A stretch of DNA of 64,000 nucleotides, taken from positions 2,718,783-2,782,782 of the forward strand of contig CM082580.2 of NCBI GenBank assembly GCA_040954595.2, read 5' to 3'. Source of the stretch: Balanoglossus misakiensis (taxonomy: Eukaryota > Animalia > Hemichordata). Within the stretch, counting starts at the first letter, position 1; each line of letters opens with the position of its first letter. The notes under the pieces were generated by a model. It worked only from the letters and a program-made list of their open reading frames with translations, did not search any database and was not told where the DNA came from. The position numbers and the translations under genes were made by a program. Of the stretch, positions 12,750-26,900 are shown one piece after another.

Positions 12750-13352
12750 GAATAGGACGAAAGCTTGACAGACTTGCTGGCCAGAAGGACTGTTCTGATA
12801 TAAAACCATGGAAACAGTCTATCATCAATCATATGTACTGGTCAGCTGCTTCAACTCCAGACAACAGAAGGGAAATGATTATGGCAAAGTGGTGCTCCCT
12901 GATAGACCAATCATCCTGACCGTATATATCCAGAATGTGCCCATGGACCACTTGAAGGAGAAGATGCAAACAAAATGTGGCTTCATCCAAGTGAGTCAAT
13001 ACAGACAGATACATTCTTTTTCTAAATGCCCTCAAGCTATATTCTTGTTTGTTTTACAGTTTGAAATAATTTTAACAATTTCTTTGAGGTAATGTGAGTG
13101 CTTTAATACTTTTAAAACCAGTATAAAGCATGTTTACTTCAAATTTTGTGTATTTGTAATTGTTTAACAAAAATTATTACTTTTACGTCACGTCATTACA
13201 CAGTAATCTGTAGTCATAATCAAACCTCTCATTGCAGACAGCAAGGCTGCTGTAAAGTTGGAGAATCTCCTGACATCAAAGACTCTGCTTAAAGACATCA
13301 GCAAGTTGTCAGCAGGCTACCAAACATCTGGTCTTGAAGCTTTCCAGTCTTG
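12750..13352 (+). pseudogene. Spliced transposase remnant, Kolobok-type
   Basis: Exon-like pieces GIGRKLDRLAGQKDCSDIKPWKQSIINHMYWSAAST...AKWCSLID and AVKLENLLTSKTLLKDISKLSAGYQTSGLEAF, separated by a GT-AG intron, frameshifted and truncated. The family call rests on recalled motifs (SIxNHxYW, LSxxxQTSxLEAF). Confidence 0.65.
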
Positions 13353-13471
13353 AAAGTGGCCTTTTTAGGTATACTTACCTGAACATTTCAAAATGAGTAA
13401 TGCCTTGTTTTTTCTATGTTTTACTTTTTTCTCATACAGCACAGATAGTAGCATGTGTAAATAATTATTGT

Positions 13472-14122
13472 TTAAAGGGGAAATCCGGTGTAGCTGATTT
13501 CAACATAATTTGGTAGCTTTGAGGTCACTCTTTCAGAAAAAAAACGTGTTCGCTATGTATAAGTCGCACGATTTTTAACAAAATCGAGGGAAAGTTGGCA
13601 GAATTTCCAATATGGCGTTTACTGTAATTTGAATCATGGGAAAAAAAGCCTCAGGACCAACTTCTGCCCACCTTGGTGTGGGTGATACCATTTTCCGATT
13701 GGTGTCAATGTGTCACAAGCTAAGCGTATTTGCATATTTTTCACCGGTTATAGCTCATGAAAACTGTCAATAGATGACAAATTTTCGACTTTGCTGATGA
13801 TTGTTTATCAACTGATGTAAAGAACAAACAATAGCTATGAAAATACGCCTAGTCTGTCGCCCAGTGACACCAATCGGAGAATGGTATCACCCACACCATG
13901 GTGGGCGGAAGTTGGTCCTGGCGCTTTTTTTGTTGTGTGAGGCCAGACAGAATTTGAATAATTCGACCAATAAATATTTGAGCAAACGTCCAAGTACACT
14001 CATATTTTTCCAGTTTTATGGGGGGATTTTTACCATAATGAGAATTGACACTTTTAAACGTTTACAGATACATATATTTCTATGAAGGCAAGGGGACTTC
14101 AAAATTGCACCACAGAATTTAA
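13472..14122. mobile_element. Degenerate TTAA-AGG (Kolobok-like) non-autonomous element with a long internal inverted repeat
   Basis: Begins ttaa|aggggaaatccgg. The ~55-bp segment 13653-13707 is inverted at 13865-13919. The right terminus is poorly preserved. Confidence 0.4.
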
Positions 14123-14419
14123 CAACTGTCAGTGAAAAGCGGACATGCTTTTAGATTCTCTAGTCATTTGTACTTTTTCCATGCAAATAAACAACTTTGA
14201 AGATGTTTTCTGCTTTTTCTTTCATTACGGAATTAGTACTGGGGTACTTGTGTGACATTGAAAGTTGGAAGGAATCCCTTCAAGAAAATATACCCCCCCC
14301 CCCTCCCCAAGAAATAGACAGAATCTGGTCAGACTCAATTTTGCAATCTTGTACAAATCACAATCAAATACAGGAAGTCCCAAATTCCGCACTCGAGAAA
14401 CAAAAAAACCTCCTGTATT

Positions 14420-14450
<31 letters not shown>

Positions 14451-14569
14451 CACTTTAAAAGCGTGTCCGATTTACCCATTGAGTAATATTCACTGGGGCT
14501 CATAGAATACAAGAGAATACATTTGGGGAAAAATAGATAAAAGTGACTCTCAAAAATGAGTCAATTACA

Positions 14570-15430
14570 GAGGAATGTTATTCTTAAAGTTTTAAAATTA
14601 TTTACATTTGTAGCATATTTTACTCTAGGTGGTAAGTAATTCCAAACGTTCGTTGCCATGTAATGAATGGTTTTCTTTCCAGCGTTAGTGTAGCATCTTG
14701 GAGGATAATGGAATGTGTCACATACGTATTCATATGACATTGTAATTCTGGCTGCCTTAAATAGGTTTTCAATTTGCGCTAAGAGGTCAAATCACACTGC
14801 ATTCTGGGTAAAAAGTCGACAACTCACTGTAGTAAGAGATAGAAGAAATGATATGTTTACTGTATTTCATGACTTCCTTTGGTCAACCATATCTGTCTTT
14901 GTAGTTACCATTAAACTTTTTTCACATTTTGTTATTTTTTTCTGTTAAAAAGTTTCAGAATGACCCATCATCACTTTAGCTTATAAAATTGGCCATCTTG
15001 AAATTGTGTCGACCATATGAGATTTTCATCACTCACTTAGGTAGCTTAAAACCTATTTAAGGTAGGGAGAATTGTGAACAAATTACAAAGGTAACTCCGA
15101 CTCGAAGCATTATTTGACAGACATCTCCTTACGGTTACAGCAAGAAAATTAAAACATCTTTGTCTCACTGATAATACATCTGTGACAGCAGAAAGATCTA
15201 CCGATGAGAAATCATTGGGAAATTCAAATAACACACGCAAGGCTCTCTTTTGCAAAATAAATATCTTATCTAAAATTACCCCAAACAACATTAGAACACT
15301 GAATTAAGCCATAATACAAAGTGATACGATTGCATCTTGGGATTAATGGAAGAAGTCGACCAATCAGGCCAATACGTTTACTTAAAACATTACATAACTT
15401 ATCAATAGTTGTTCCATCGCAATGTTGCAT
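14570..15430 (-). mobile_element. CR1/L2-group LINE 3' fragment, interrupted by a MITE
   Basis: Minus-strand LDKIFILQKRALRVLF... and ...HYMATNVWNYLPPRVKYATNVNNFK, typical of the post-RT C-terminus. Confidence 0.65.
14746..15071. mobile_element. ~325-bp MITE (second copy at ~30927-31266)
   Basis: TIR ttct..ctgccttaaataggtttt / aaaacctatttaaggtagggagaa. A near-identical body lies at 30927-31266, where it ends at TTAA. Confidence 0.75.
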
Positions 15431-15869
15431 AAAGACCTAAATTAGAACCATAAATCTACTTCAGATATTTGTGAGTCTGAAATGTGGACAGATAAACATG
15501 ATAAAGAATCCCCACTTCTGCCTGTTATTTTATACTTCTAGGTTGCAGCAAGATTAAAAGAGAAGAATCCTTCTATGATTTCTGTACATTGTGTTGCCCA
15601 TAGGTTGGCTTTGGCTGCTTCACAGGATATGAATGGGGTACCATATTTGAAAAGGTGGAGTACAACATTACACCAGCTCTACGGGTATTATCAAAATTCG
15701 GCAGTGAGAATGGTTGGTCTTACAGAAATTCAGGTAAATATCTTAATGCATTGTATTATTTGGACTGGTTTTATGTCATTTTTTTATATTTTTTAAGATC
15801 ATTTTATTTGTTTTATCTAAATATTACAAAACAAAAATTTACGACATAAGTGTCAAAAAGCCTGCCCAT

Positions 15870-16360
15870 TTTTCTTAGCAATTTCGCTATTAATTTCGTT
15901 TTCAATCCTTATCCTGCATATCAATTGTTCTTTGAAAAGAGAAAATATACAGAAATTCTAAAAAGTGTATGTGGTCTTGTTTTGACAGATTAACCATGAT
16001 TTATAAATTGAAAACATTGCAATTACAATGGCATGAGTGACAGGGTTATCAAAATCATTTTTTCCAAATATCAAATCCTTTAAAGTACATGTCGAATACG
16101 ACCCCTTTACAATTACTGACCCTATTCCAGAAATCGTTAAGGCATCAGCAATCCCAAAACCTGTGTTTCTGGGTCCCAACTGTGTTACATACTCTACATA
16201 AATTTGTATTTGACTTTTTCCATTTCTGTTATTTGTTCTGATTTGGTGAAATACAATGCAGGAATTTGTACATGAAGGCACAAAGTCGTTGTTTGTTTGT
16301 TAAGGCGACAGTTCTTGAAATCCAATCCACATTCAAGTTGACCAGTCTATTCCACAGTTA
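15870..16360 (-). mobile_element. L1/Tx1-type LINE 3' fragment
   Basis: Minus-strand ...TLKDLIFGKNDFDNPVTHAIVIAMFSIYKSW...FKEQLICRIRIE resembles the C-terminus of Tx1/L1 ORF2. Confidence 0.45.
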
Positions 16361-16391
16361 TATGAAGACTGAAAATTCACATTTTGACTAA

Positions 16392-16991
16392 AGGAGGTAT
16401 TGCATGAAACCGTCAAGACTTTTTCAGAGGCCTATTTCTCATCAAAGACAACACTAAAAACCTATAAACCATACATATTCTGGAAGCTGAGTTTTTAAAC
16501 TTTTGTTTGAGTTACAAAACTAGAGTACCAGGCAAATAACCGACAAGTTTGTGTTGCGTTATCTGCTTTCATTGAGGAGAAACAGCGTTTGCAAGTTACA
16601 AAATTTGATCAAATTCACGATGAGTTGTATTGAATCAAAGCTTATTTCCCGCCGGGGACACTTAATCAACTACAAACTTTGTTGAATTGTTGGATTGGTC
16701 GCACAGAATCACCTGTTAAAATTTGAGCCCATATAGGCCAACGCAGAGCGAAGCTAATTAGGTCTAAAGTTGTCAAAAGCAGTGGAAATGCAAACCGAGA
16801 AAAATGGCAATTTGCATTGTTGACACTTATTTCTTAAGCTACAGACTCATTCAGAAAAGTGCTATTTTGGGTGATTATGCACCATTTCCGCCAAGACACA
16901 TTTGTGAGAATGTGGGTCAGTATTAGACCTACCAATTTATGTAAACAAGAAAAATTTTGTAAAAATCACAACTTTTCATGCAATACCACCT
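16392..16991. mobile_element. Kolobok-like non-autonomous element
   Basis: TIR AGGAGGTATTGCATGAAA / TTTCATGCAATACCACCT with degenerate TTAA-like flanks. Confidence 0.6.
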
Positions 16992-17900
16992 CAAGTTAGT
17001 ATTGCCCAAGTTGGTTTTATGTCATATTGCATTTGTGTTGTGGATACATGTACATGTATCAATGCAGGCAAATGTCTGAACACAAAAAGTTGATCCATAA
17101 TTGTGTTGTTCTGGTTTTGAATTGTCATTATAAACAATTGTTTGTCATTAAAAAGAACAAATATTTCCACATCTTTTTTAATTTTCAGAAAATCCCTGGT
17201 GAAAAAGGCAAAATCTGTGAGATGGCTGCCTGACCACACAGCTGTTGATGCTATCAGGAAGTTTTTTGCCTTCAGTGACTGTGAGCCTTGAAAAAGAAGC
17301 TGAAGAGCGACATGATGCCACTGCAGTTAGTCTGTCTACATTTGTCATGCAGTTCAACTTCATTGCCAGCCTGCAAATGTTGACTGATGTGTTACCACTT
17401 TTGTCCAGGTTATCTCTGCTGTTTCAGGTCAGTCTGTTGCATTTCTCATACATGTGTGAAGAACACTGAACAGTCCTGTTACACTTAACCTTACATAATT
17501 CTCCTTTTTTAGAGAAACATGACATTGATCTAACAATCTTAGAGACAGTTGTCACTTCGACCACAGTAGCCATCAGGCAGCTGATACAGCACTAAGGACA
17601 GCACATATACCAAAAGAATTTACCGAACCAACAATACTACAAGGACCTGTGCTCACGACCAGGCTGTACAGATGGGTCCATCAGAGTGGTTTACTAGGCT
17701 TAACCCCAAATAAAACAAAGTTAGGGGTTTTCAGTTAATGATCAGTTTGATTAACTACAGGTATGTAGAAAATTTGACTATTATCGACTGTATATATTTG
17801 TGGCAGTTCCAAACTGTGGCCTATTGAGCGAAGGTAAAGAATCATTGATTCAAATCCAGACGTTGATGCTAGGCACTTCTGGTGTTCTAATCTTCATTAT

Positions 17901-20900
17901 TTAGATTTCTTCAACATAAGATTCTGGAAAAATGCCAACACTTCCATTGAGTTCTCCTAGCCACCAACCGTCACCTTGTTTTTCATGTACATTGATTATG
18001 TCACCTATAAAACAATAGAAAATTAATCAAAGAAAAAAATGATATAGTTCTTGATGTCATTTTATGTCTTAGCCCACCCACCGACCCACCCCCAAAAAGT
18101 GGCATCATAGTCCAGTGCTCCCAACGTCTGCTCTACACCTATGTCAGGTCACGTGACAAAGATGTTATGCTTACTGATCGAATGTGCATGCGACCTAAAA
18201 TTCCATGTCAGGCATATTAGCCAATCACCTGAAGCAGTGTCTAACATTACAACAGCGAATGAGAGCGCAAGCTCAAGTGGATTTGGAGAGACATCTTGAT
18301 TTAAAGAAGATAGATTGATTCCCAGAAGAAGAAAAAAGAAGCTGTGTCCCAGTATCAATTTTGACATTTTGTTGGGACACTAAACAAAACTCTTATTTTT
18401 TGCCTTACTTTCATAGCATGAAAAATAACTTGGATTGATTCAGTAAAGTATAGGAAGTACTTGAGAGAAAAATTTACTATTAGATGCAAATTTTGACAAA
18501 AATGCAGGGATAAACATTTCCATTAAATTCTGGTATGTGGGACAGATTAAACAAAAATAGCGTCAAGGACACTGTGGTCCCATTTGGGGATTACACAGGT
18601 AGGTAGGGACATTTTTTTTATATTGCAATTTTTTTATATCTTTGGCCCCCGTAGTGTAGAAGAATGGCGTCATAATTATTGCGTGATTCTCGCAATTTTT
18701 CATAAATTTTGTATATTTGACATCTTTATTTTTACTTCCAGTTTACGAAGCTCAAAACAGTTTAGCGTTTGCGGGCTACAATTAGGGTAGGTCGGGTAAT
18801 CGGAACAGCACATACTTTTTATTTGGCCTTTATATGGAAACAGTGGTACATCAGCGAACCTATATCAAGTCAGACTCAACTTTACACTTGACTTACATTT
18901 CTTTTGACTTACCTGGAGATATCATCAATTCATCTTTTTGGCTTGCTACGAAGTCATATAAAACTTTGCAACGACACACTATATCTGGTGGAAAGTCGGC
19001 AAATTCTTCATCTGTAAGCATAATATTTGGCAAAAGTGTTACATCCTAGTCACACACAAAAACTTAAATTTTCATTCAAAATTTTTTAGTGTCATGAAAT
19101 TGACCAGCAATATTTAAATGTCTTTCTTTTCTCTCTATTTTGAAAATTGCTGAGCATGGGGACTGCTGTGAAATTACTGAGTACTAAAAATAGCACCAAT
19201 GGCACTGTTGTACAGTTAGATGGTCAAAACATACTCATAGCATATGATTCTGGTAACTCTAAGTCAGGAGGGGGTAAAAGCGGCTGCAGGCCATAGGTGT
19301 TTTATAATAAACCTCAACACGTTGGTCACGTGACCGGTTTATATATTTTCTGCTATTTCCCTAGGGATTCATAATCGAGTCTATTTTCCTATCAGGTGAC
19401 GGATTCTGGCGAATCACGACACAGTATTAGCATGAGGTATATTATAATTACCAATGTGAGCTCCTTCTGCTGGGGTTCTTGCCAAAGCTGTAGCGCCCTC
19501 AATATTGCTTTTGTTCACGCCACTTCCACCAGTAACAGGAATATTCAACATATTCTGTTGTTGCCCCTGCATAGTAAAGTAAACTATGACACAAGTGTAT
19601 GACCCCTGCACATGATCTGCATTAGTGCTAAGCATGCATATGTCTGGAAATTATTACTGTCACATTCGTTAAGACTTCAAAATTGTCCCCGTGCTTAAAT
19701 GTAGTTTAAAGGGGCTAAACGAGGCTAGGCAATTTTCCATGTTTATCAACTGCTTTGCTCGGTGATTATTTCCCGCCAAATATGCTAATTTTCACCTGAG
19801 AGGTCTTATATCCGCAACCAAATACCCGCGCTAGCCGTTTATAACCTCTAAATAAGGGCATGAAACACACACACACACACACCATTATGCGCATGGACAT
19901 GGAAAAAAGCTAGTATATCATTAAATTTGTATAACTATGATACTAGTAATTGTGATCATATTCAAGATAAAGTCTTCCAATCTGCTGTCAAAAGGCAAAT
20001 TTTCATTTTAAAAATAGGAGATATTTACCAATTTGTCCTTGCTACTTGTAATGTATGGACTTAACCTGTGTTCCGGTTTAGCTTTTCTATCCATCAAAGC
20101 TAATGCACATTGTAGTTTGTACTGACTTGCTTCCAGGGTGTCAATCATTGCGTCTGCCTGGAAAAAAAATAATAGCTATGTTGTTATATTCATAAAATTT
20201 AAAGTTGCAGATTGAATCTTGTGTGGATGGGATCCATGTCAGCACATCAAGGAGTCTGTGAACCTGGTTCAAGTAATGGACTTAAATACAGAACGTATTA
20301 AAGGGACAAAGTCTCTCTCTCGCTGCCCTTTTTCCATTAATTATGTTTGATACAAGACACCGTTTATGTTATTCTACGTGTGGATAAATAGTGAATCAAT
20401 GTTCAACCACACACAACTTCAATCCCACTTGTACACACAAGAGTGAAAATCTCGCCAAATGAATAATCGGTCTCTACCATTTTTTCATTTTGGCGAGATT
20501 TTTACTCTCATATCCTACAAACGGGATGGAAGTTGTGTGTGTTCGAATGTTGATTCACTATATATCCACATGTAGAATAACATAGACGGTGTCTTGTATC
20601 AAAAATAACTAATGTAAAAAGATCAGAGAGAAACTTTGTCCCTTTAATCCAGCTTGTAACACCATGGACTCTGATAATTTATGCTTTTTGAGAATATATC
20701 CTTTGACATATCTGGAGATTGATTGAAGTTAATGAAAAAATACCTAATAGAGGACAGAAAAGTATTTCTACAGAATACAAAAATGTAGGTCTGTACAGTA
20801 AAACTACAAATGAAGAAGTTAATACTTAAGCCAGATTAGTTACTATTGGATTTAAAGAAATAGGTAATGAGAAAATACCTAAAGATTTTCCGACATGCGG

Positions 20901-23900
20901 AAAAGAATCACTGCGGCTGATTTTTCAAGAATGCATAACTTCAAGGCCAAAAGATGGATATGGACATATACATTTTTTTAAGGTGGGGGGGGGACACCTG
21001 GGGCGCTTCCCCGTCTAATTACAGACCTCTGCAAAACTATGAAGTCTTGGAGGCGTAACTCTGTAGACAGGATATTTTAATTTTAAAAAGCAACGCACTT
21101 AGGGGGCATCCTTGTCGTACTCTTCTCTTCAAGGAGAAGAAATTCAACATCCAACCATAATTGATTATACAGCTTTGTACGTCAGAATAAATCACTTTCA
21201 CCCATCTTCTCAATCTGATTAAAATCAGATGTAGGGAACGGCGACTTGGTTTTTTTATGCTGTCGCCTCACACTACATCTGACCAACTCTCAATGGAGAT
21301 CTCGCTGAACTCTACGAGAATTACTGGGATTCTAATCCAATCAGAAGGCGCCTTATAGCAAATGATAGGCAACCCACAATCACATGACCTGGCCCCTTGC
21401 GGTTGTTACCATGGAGCTACCACAGACATATATCCCGGGCGCGAGAGTCGAATCAGCGTGGGGAATGGTTTCGAGCCAGTTCAGCGTGACGACTGAACCT
21501 CTATATTCCACCGGTCAACGAAATGTATAAGACGTGGCAACAAGTCGCAGTAAAATTGTTAGAGAATCGATTACATTTGTGTAAGGCCGTCCCAGTGAGA
21601 GATTCTGTCGCCACGATCGTTTGCACTGACTTGACTAGCTCTGCGTGCAGGTCTGTGTGTTCCCGGCGTTACACGGACGTTAGAAGAAGTTAATCGCATC
21701 ATATTTGGGGTCGATTGAAGTAGACAGGGAAAGGATTTTGCTTCGATAAAATCGAATTTCGACAGAAAAAGCTGCGTCCGGGTCCGGACCGCAGACGCAC
21801 CAGTTTTGTCTATGGGGCCTTGCAGGGCTGTGGTGGAGGCCGTGTAACGCCGGGAACACACAGACCTGTACGCAGAGCTATGACTTGACATTCCTTAGCC
21901 GAAGTTAGCGTTCTTTTTAAAAATCTGTCACATAAATTGTTTTGGGATACATGGCAGTGAAATTTGGTTTATTTTTTATAAACTTTTACATGAAGTACGT
22001 CATTTTCCCGACTGGCAGCATGACTACGAGGGCGAACATGACTTGTTAGGAGAGTTTATAAATGATCAACGACAGTTCATCATTTGTATATGGCTACAGC
22101 TCGACGTTTCACTGCTCTGCGAAAACCCCTCGTATACGATGACGCCAAACAAAGAAAGATATCATGGGATTACATGTAATTGTTCACAAGAGAAAGCCAA
22201 TCTTTCGTATTCTGTGCGATACTCGAAGTCAACAACAACATTTCTCCCATCTCCCAGTGCAATTCTTTAGTCAGCATAACACGCAATCTGATTGGCCGGG
22301 TCGGAACGCGAGAGTTCAGCGGGATCTCCATTGAGAGTTGGTCAGATGTAGTGTGAGGTGACAGCATAAAAAAACCAAGTCGCCGTTCCCTACATCTGAT
22401 TTTAATCAGATTGCCATCTTCTCAGCTCTGGGCCAAAACCAAAACTCATATTTTAAGTTCAATCACCATTGTATTTCATCAACCAATATAGTATTTTAAT
22501 GTGAATTTTGCTGCATATGTGTACAACCGCTTTTTATGTCATTTCAAACTTTGAAATGTAACCTGGCAGTATGCAATTTAAATATTACAGAAACAATAAC
22601 AGTGTCAATTATACATGATCGGAGTATTGAACCAGGGAGTATATGTTTTCATATTAACATGAATATTAATTAGGACACTTACATGGTGAATTTGAAGAAT
22701 TGTTTCATCCATTCCAGTATTACTGGTGAAAGTGGGATTATTGCTGTATACCCCAGATAAATGTTGGACACCTGAAGATGAGCGAATCAAAATAAAGTGA
22801 ATAAACGTACATACGTACGTACATATGAAAGTACATACATACATACATACATACATACAGACATACAGACAAACATACATACATACTAGCTCAAAAAATA
22901 CAAGACTGTATCATGACGTTGACATAAGGTACATGCTTATGAATTTTTAAATCAATCTGACCAGTAGCTGTAGAGTTTTGACCAATTTAATATTTTTCCA
23001 GCTAATTTGCATATTATTGGCATTTACAAAGTGAAGGGGTCATCCCGCCACGTTTGTTTGTTGATAAATCAAGGGTAATTTCAGATTCAGATTCACTTCT
23101 AAATATCCCCCCAAAAGTGAATCTTTGCCACTCTTTGGTGGTCAAATTGGATTGTTTTGTGAAAGCAAGTGGCTTGCATTCACATATGATAGGGTTCTAA
23201 ACTTATGCCAAGTTCAATTTCTTCACAAATGGCAGAGAAATTGCTTGTGACAGATGAACAGACAGTAAAGTCAGCCCTCTCACAACTTAAAAACCAATGA
23301 CCATATGAAAACCAAAAGCTTGTCAATAATTTTAAATGCTGTCAATAAGTTCACCATTTACATAAATATACCAGTGGTCTCACCAGGCTGCAATTTCACG
23401 TTATTCTCGTGTATTTTTTGGTTTTGTGTTGGATTTCTGAGCCGTATTTTGTCCGCTTTGCTTCCAAAGCACGGTTAGATACTAGGCTAGCTTTACACAA
23501 GGCAACATGTAATCTTACCCTCTTTTCCTTTTTTTTCCATTTCAATAGCAACTCCAAGCTGTTGTATTTTTGCTAAAATTGACGGGCGTCTTCTGTCAGG
23601 TTTCATATTATTATTGAAATCTTCTTCATAACAGTCATAGAGTAACTGACCAGTGACTGTAGCGCCTGTTCCCTTTTCAGCTGTGATGATCCGAATATCT
23701 GATTGTGTGTCCATTTGAGAAACCGCTGTAGATAGATTTATACATGACTGAAATATATAAATAGAAAAATTTCATGATGGAATTTACAGTGAGATCACAG
23801 GTATTAAGTTGTTTGCATACACAAGACCCACACTCAGAAAGACGGAAGGTGGAGACCTGACCCACATGCAGTTCATACTGATGCATATCAAGCGAGTTGG

Positions 23901-26900
23901 AAAACAGGAGAAACACATGCATCCACCCCTATAGCCAGAATGAACAAGTCCAAGTGATTCTAATCACACCAACATAGCAATCTCAGACATGGCAACCCAC
24001 AGTTCTCACTGCTAATCCAATATTGTCAACTACAGACGCAACCGATCCCATATATGTACAAACCAAATGGGACCTAAAAAGATGAATTTTCACTGGGATT
24101 TATGTCCGATTTGGATATTTGGGGCACATTCACTAGGTTTAAAATTCACAAAATTGGTTATAAAACAATGAGTTATATTGTTATTTTATATTTTTTAAGT
24201 TAGGATTTGATTAAGCGGATTTTATCAATGAAAACAGCGATATTTCCATAGATACTGTTACCAAGGAAGTACAACTGTGCTATGAAGAAGCCATTTTGAA
24301 GAGACTGTCCATGAATTGTAGACAATGGTCTAATCCATAAGTTGCCTAGGTAACAAGGAATAAATAACCAGAGTGAATGGGAGATAAAAAGTAGGAATGA
24401 TTATCTCTACCTCGTTTAGTTTTGGCCCAATCTGTGCAAGGTTTTCCTGAAACTTATTCAATATTCCTTGCAAATTCTCTAATTTCTGTTCTTCTAGTGC
24501 TTGCATCTGTACAGCATATTTTCCCATTGCTCGTTCAAAATCATGACGTGCTCTCTCAGCTTGTTTAGTCATTTCCTGGTATTCCTGGTCGGATTTCAAC
24601 GCCAGTTCTTCTGATTTCCTCTGTTTGGTTTGCATCTATAGAAAGGAAATAAATACCCATAAACAGCGTAAACTGACAGTTTCACCATTTGTTGTTGTTA
24701 TTCATTCTCTTCATGAGACCAATCATGACTGAGAGACTTACAGGCACAGAGGTATTCATGTCAGTGTTTTCCCTGGGTTCCCAAAACTTCTAGCAAATTT
24801 GGCTAGAAGCCCACAAAATTTATCAGCCAAACCAGGCCTTCCATTAGTCAAACAACTGATGTAATGGACCAAACTGCTGGATGATTAATATTCACAAGCT
24901 CATTATATTCATTTCATATTTTATTTGAGATCATCTTCACTGCACTACAGTACATTGGACAAGAAGAGGCAGAATCCTCTGTTGATAAATATCGCCTTGT
25001 TTTCATTGAAGGACTCTGAATAATTTAGATAGTCTTGCTCTTGCTTCAAGAAAATGGTTGTAGTGGAGAAGCCTGCATACGTAAAGGCCAAAGTTATGTC
25101 CTGCATTACAGTGTGTGTGTGTGTGTGGGGGGGGGGGGGGTGCTATGCATAATTATGCAGCCATATTGGGTTCGAAAGTTTGGCTTATTGGTGTAAAAAT
25201 GCTACTTTTTGTCGCACTACGCAATTTGGCGAGCGGGCAGCAGAAACACTGCATGTGGATACACACTGTAACAGAAGACTCACACAGTTTAGACGGGACC
25301 AAACAGGCCTCAATATAGAGCCTGTGCAACGCTAGCCCGGAGACACAGGCGTTGATCTAGAATCTAGAATACAACGCCCGGGGACAGTGGAGTAACTTCC
25401 TGCTGAGCTGAAAGATAGTAGCCCTGGCAACGATCAGGGTCGCTTAGTAACGAATGGATAACGAGTGATCTATCAAATGTTGACGGGCGCCAGTGGTTGG
25501 ATGGTATAATTAACATAGCTTGGTTATGAATATTCATGCACCTTCAAAACCACTCCCACATCCCGTCGCGGGAATTTCACACATAACTCCACCTCTATTT
25601 CCTTATTTAGAATGCGATGATGTCATTTGGTTTACATTGAGTGACCAATTAGCTTACACACAAGATTTACCACCCGTGTCGTTCTGCGCACAGAATTCGG
25701 TGCGTAAATAGACTGTCCCCGGGCGTTCCTTTTCCCAACGCCTGTGTCTCCGGGCTAGTGCAACGCCTTGATCGACATCTTTCAGAAGTGAGGGCCGCCA
25801 TATTGGAAAATTTAAAAGGCCATTCAAAATTCACGACAAATTTAGAGTTGATGAATACCTCACATATTGAACAAAAGGGTCATTCCTCGCAAAGCCAGGG
25901 CAACAGCCATAGTGAGTTCAGGATGATAGAATAGGCATGAAGATAGGATATAAATTCTACTAATCATTTGAATTACCTTAGCTATTTCCTTGTCTGAGAG
26001 TACTTTGCTTTTCTTATTTCCTCCAGCCTGATATTTTTCAATCTGGTCAAAAAGTAGTTCACTTTCCTTAACCTTGACGAACGTGTTCTTCTTCACCTAG
26101 AATAAAAATAGCGTCAATGAAACTGTGCTCCCATTTGAACAAAATTGATATTTGAAAAAGTGACACACATATCAGTCATAGTTGGACTCATACTAATCAG
26201 TCACTAAGGAATTTCCTGAAAAAATAAGTTCTTCGATGAAATGTCAAACATTTCTTTCCCATATACAATATTGATATTTTAACCATCTTGTTTGCATATT
26301 ATAGTAACATACACTTTTGACAGAAAGAAAGAAAGAAAGAAATACACACAAACTATCAATTCGAGGCTTTGAATATACCACGAATAAGCCATTTAGATCA
26401 AGCCATGCAAACTTTGCTTCAGCCAATGATTACCACACTACAGCCGATATTCACACAGAGGCCATAAAAGTATGGTTACCTTTGCAAATTCTTGCCTTTT
26501 CTCATGAAGAGTTTTACTTGCTTTTTCAACACTGTGTTCTACCTACAAGATAAGATGGAATTATGCTGTTAATAGTGGAGTGATATTGAACACATTCATT
26601 TCTGCTGGAAATCAATGATTAATTTCTAAAACATTTCTTGTGAACTTTTATTAGAATTTCCTGTGAAATTTCATTGGATGAAGAATTTTGTATTGTCGTA
26701 TGATAGCTGTAAAATTTACCCTTAAGTGATACATGTGTATATCTAATTATAGCAACCCACAAGTCATCGTCAATGAACTGGTCCACACTCGACAAATATA
26801 CTGTAAAACACTTTATTTTCGCGAGTTGAAATTTTTGCGACATCGAGAGAGGCCACTGTTTCGCGAGTATTAATTTTCGCATTCTCTTATTTCATTCACT

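Larger units (their letters stand above)
15542..17600 (+). pseudogene. Partial intron-containing hAT transposase (ZNF862-like), copy 1
   Basis: Exons 15542-15733 (VAARLKEKNPSMISVHCVAHRLALA...YYQNSAVR, CxxH motif), ~17189-17427 (frameshifted AKSVRWL...DVLPLLSRLSLLFQ) and ~17515-17600 (KHDIDL..., in-frame stop). Confidence 0.8.

Noticed and set aside
8897-17900. Downstream TM or PLAT exons completing a PKD1-like receptor
   Set aside because: None found by eye. The interval is explained by UTR-like DNA and transposons, and the hydrophobic part of ORF 12422-12919 is repeat sequence.
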